Virus record (IMG/VR): IMGVR_UViG_3300013105_000004
Coordinates: 1-13,972 of that record
Direction: 5' to 3' (one strand)
DNA length: 13,972 nt
Origin: a virus
Taxonomy: Duplodnaviria; Heunggongvirae; Uroviricota; Caudoviricetes
The notes under the pieces: model-generated
The model's input: the letters and a program-made list of their open reading frames with translations, nothing else
What the model was told of the DNA's origin: nothing
Database searches by the model: none
Shown: piece by piece, positions 12,165-13,972 of the stretch
Layout: the number at the start of each line of letters is the position of its first letter
Numbering within the stretch: the first letter of the stretch is position 1
Made by a program: the position numbers and the translations under genes

Positions 12165-12193
12165 ATGTTACACTACGTACCTTCGTTTGTCAA
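12165..12193 (-). promoter_or_regulatory. Sigma70-type promoter (leftward member of the divergent pair)
   Basis: TTGACA-N17-TAACAT. Shares the 11-mer GGTACGTAGTG with the promoter at 2115-2143. Confidence 0.72.
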
Positions 12194-12196
12194 GAC

Positions 12197-12225
12197 TTGA
12201 CAGGTAGGAAGAAGTAATATATAAT
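12197..12225 (+). promoter_or_regulatory. Consensus sigma70 promoter (rightward member of the divergent pair)
   Basis: TTGACA-N17-TATAAT upstream of the plus-strand genes. Confidence 0.85.
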
Positions 12226-12253
12226 GTTTCTTACTAATGTAAAGGAGGTAGTA

Positions 12254-12466
12254 ATGAACAACACCGTAACACAGGAAGTAGCAGTACCTACCGCACCGAC
12301 CTTCAAGGTCTACTTCCGCAATGCGGACGGATCGCTGGGTCAGGTCAACGCGATCAAGAAGGATCACAAGGATGCAATCCTCGCTGTCAAGGAACTCTTG
12401 GTAGCAGAAGGGGATTGTCTTACAAACAAGGCGGTACTCGCCGTAATCGAAGGAGGAATGCAATGA
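12254..12466 (+). CDS. Hypothetical protein, 70 aa
   Basis: Start reassigned to ATG 12254 (AAAGGAGGT RBS), because the track start 12224 overlaps the -10 box. The stop overlaps the next start (ATGA). Confidence 0.82.
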   Translation: MNNTVTQEVAVPTAPTFKVYFRNADGSLGQVNAIKKDHKDAILAVKELLVAEGDCLTNKAVLAVIEGGMQ

Positions 12467-12750
12467 GCGACATCATCTATCAAGACATCACCGAAACCAA
12501 CATCGTCACGTTCCTGAAGGAACTGGAACTGAAGATCATGGATGGCTGGGCCATCAGCAAGTCGAATCCGGGCGATGTCGTAGGGCTCTGGGGTGGCACC
12601 TACACCGTGACGATGGAGCGCAGCAACGATACCGTACAGCGCCTTCGCACGAACGTGGGCAGTGTGCAGGAACAGACGCCGAAGCAGTCGAAAGCTGACA
12701 GTTTGGCAAAAGCTCGTCAAGCTCGCTGGGGCAAGCCAGAAGGAAAATAA
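12463..12750 (+). CDS. Hypothetical protein, 95 aa
   Basis: AAGGAGG RBS, ATGA overlap with the upstream gene, C/G-ending codon bias, basic C-terminus LAKARQARWGK. Confidence 0.82.
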   Translation: MSDIIYQDITETNIVTFLKELELKIMDGWAISKSNPGDVVGLWGGTYTVTMERSNDTVQRLRTNVGSVQEQTPKQSKADSLAKARQARWGKPEGK

Positions 12751-12875
12751 ACGGTTGATGTGCGGAAACAACACAGCAATAAAAATTCCTGTTCCGTTTC
12801 CGCACGGATACGGCATAATTCTTCCTGTCGGCAACACGCCGAGAACAAATAACCTACACTTGGAGAAGTAAAGAG

Positions 12876-13271
12876 ATGAGCAACCTGTCGATCCTGCGCA
12901 ATTCGCTGAAACTGAACGCCGATGTCATCACCCTGCTGCACTGCGCCATCAAAGAGTTCAAGACCGAAGCAGCAGCATGGAAGAATCAAGGCGAGACGGC
13001 GTATTTCGTGGAAGCATGCGTGGATCGCCAGAAACATGAGCGGAAACTGGAGAAGGCTGTCGAGATGCAACGCCGCATCAAGGCCGAGGTTTCCACGATC
13101 TTCCGCAAAGAGCGCATCCGCCGCAAGTACCTGAAGGTGTTCGGCAAACTGCCGGAACAGAACCTCCACACGACGCAAGAGCAGGAAGCCATGCTCGACA
13201 CGCTGCTGGCGGAACAGAAGGTGGACTTGGCCCTCGTGTTCGCAGATACGCAAGTTGTAAAAACTGCTTGA
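12876..13271 (+). CDS. Hypothetical helical protein, 131 aa
   Basis: GGAG upstream, strong C/G-ending codon bias, co-oriented with its neighbours. Confidence 0.75.
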   Translation: MSNLSILRNSLKLNADVITLLHCAIKEFKTEAAAWKNQGETAYFVEACVDRQKHERKLEKAVEMQRRIKAEVSTIFRKERIRRKYLKVFGKLPEQNLHTTQEQEAMLDTLLAEQKVDLALVFADTQVVKTA

Positions 13272-13296
13272 CCGTCTAGGTTTTATACGTGATAAT
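13268..13296 (+). promoter_or_regulatory. Sigma70-type promoter for the serine recombinase
   Basis: TTGACC-N17-GATAAT overlapping the upstream stop codon. Confidence 0.62.
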
Positions 13297-13330
13297 CCTT
13301 CCATCGCAACTCAACGCATGGAAGGACATC

Positions 13331-13972
13331 ATGAAAAAGCTCATCGGATATACCCGCGTATCGACCAAGGAACAGGGCAAGACCAAAAACGGTCTGGAAG
13401 CACAGGCAGAGGCAATCCGCCTGTTCGCCCACTACAACGGCTACGAGCTGATCGAGATCGTTCAGGAAGTTCGTACGGGTGCCGACGACGAGCGCCCTGT
13501 GCTGGCCGAAATCACGAAGCGGGCCAAGAAGATCGGCGCATACGTCGTCGTCAACAAGCTTGACCGCCTCTCCCGTGACGCCGTGTTCATCCTCACGTAC
13601 GTCCGCGACAATCCCCGCACGATCGTGACCCAACTGGGTGAGGACGTTGACCCGTTCACGCTGCACATCTACGCCGGTTTGGCGGAGAAAGAGCGCACGA
13701 TGATCGCAGAGCGCACCAAGGCCGGTTTGCAGGCCAAGAAAGCCCGTGGCGAGACGCTTGGGGCTACCGCCGCTGTCCGTGCGAAAGCTGTGGCATCGGC
13801 CGCTGTCGCCGTCAAGGAACAGGCCGACGCGTTCGCTGACAAGCTCCGGCCGATGGTTCAGCGAATGATCCTCGCCGGGATGTCGTACAGGGCGATGGCG
13901 AACGAACTGAACTCCATGAAGGTAAAGACCGCCCGTGGCGGCGATTGGCACGCCATGACCGTCAAAAACCTC
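13331..13972 (+). CDS. Serine recombinase (resolvase/invertase, Pin-like); runs off the right window edge
   Basis: Not in the ORF track. GAAGGA RBS and ATG 13331 give MKKLIGYTRVSTKEQ (catalytic Ser motif)...RPVL...KLDRLSRD...AEKERTMIAERTKAGL...RGETLG...MANELN..KVKTARGGDW. Confidence 0.93.
   Translation, partial: MKKLIGYTRVSTKEQGKTKNGLEAQAEAIRLFAHYNGYELIEIVQEVRTGADDERPVLAEITKRAKKIGAYVVVNKLDRLSRDAVFILTYVRDNPRTIVTQLGEDVDPFTLHIYAGLAEKERTMIAERTKAGLQAKKARGETLGATAAVRAKAVASAAVAVKEQADAFADKLRPMVQRMILAGMSYRAMANELNSMKVKTARGGDWHAMTVKNL

Noticed and set aside
12364-13951. Minus-strand ORFs opposite the right-arm genes (12364-12837, 12717-13304, 13283-13951)
   Set aside because: They are antisense shadows caused by the C/G-ending codon bias of the real plus-strand genes.
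1-13972. CRISPR array
   Set aside because: There are no regularly spaced direct repeats. The periodicity at 7199-10503 is due to tRNA genes.

Overview
This window comes from a tailed dsDNA phage genome (Caudoviricetes). Its layout resembles Felix O1/rV5/PAK_P1-type lytic phages, an inference from gene order only. The minus strand carries, in transcription order: a candidate small terminase-like gene, an HNH homing endonuclease, and an array of 20 CCA-encoding tRNA genes (7199-10503, 19 amino acids, no Lys). The array is interrupted by a second HNH gene, a small membrane-protein gene and several strongly structured non-tRNA spacers. It is followed by a five-gene accessory virion module, large terminase, an internally deleted GIY-YIG endonuclease relic, portal and a window-truncated S49 prohead protease. 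Back-to-back sigma70 promoters at about 12165-12225 start a plus-strand, GC3-rich block of three hypothetical genes and a window-truncated serine recombinase. The most notable signals are candidate novel ncRNAs in the tRNA array. One is a 173-nt RNA (8912-9084) whose 19-position terminal helix is bounded exactly by two tRNA ends and which has a T-loop and potential pseudoknots. The other is a ~310-nt multi-helix leader RNA (10504-10815) carrying a near-perfect 15-bp complement of the 16S rRNA 3' tail. All RNA structures were derived by eye and need computational and experimental confirmation.
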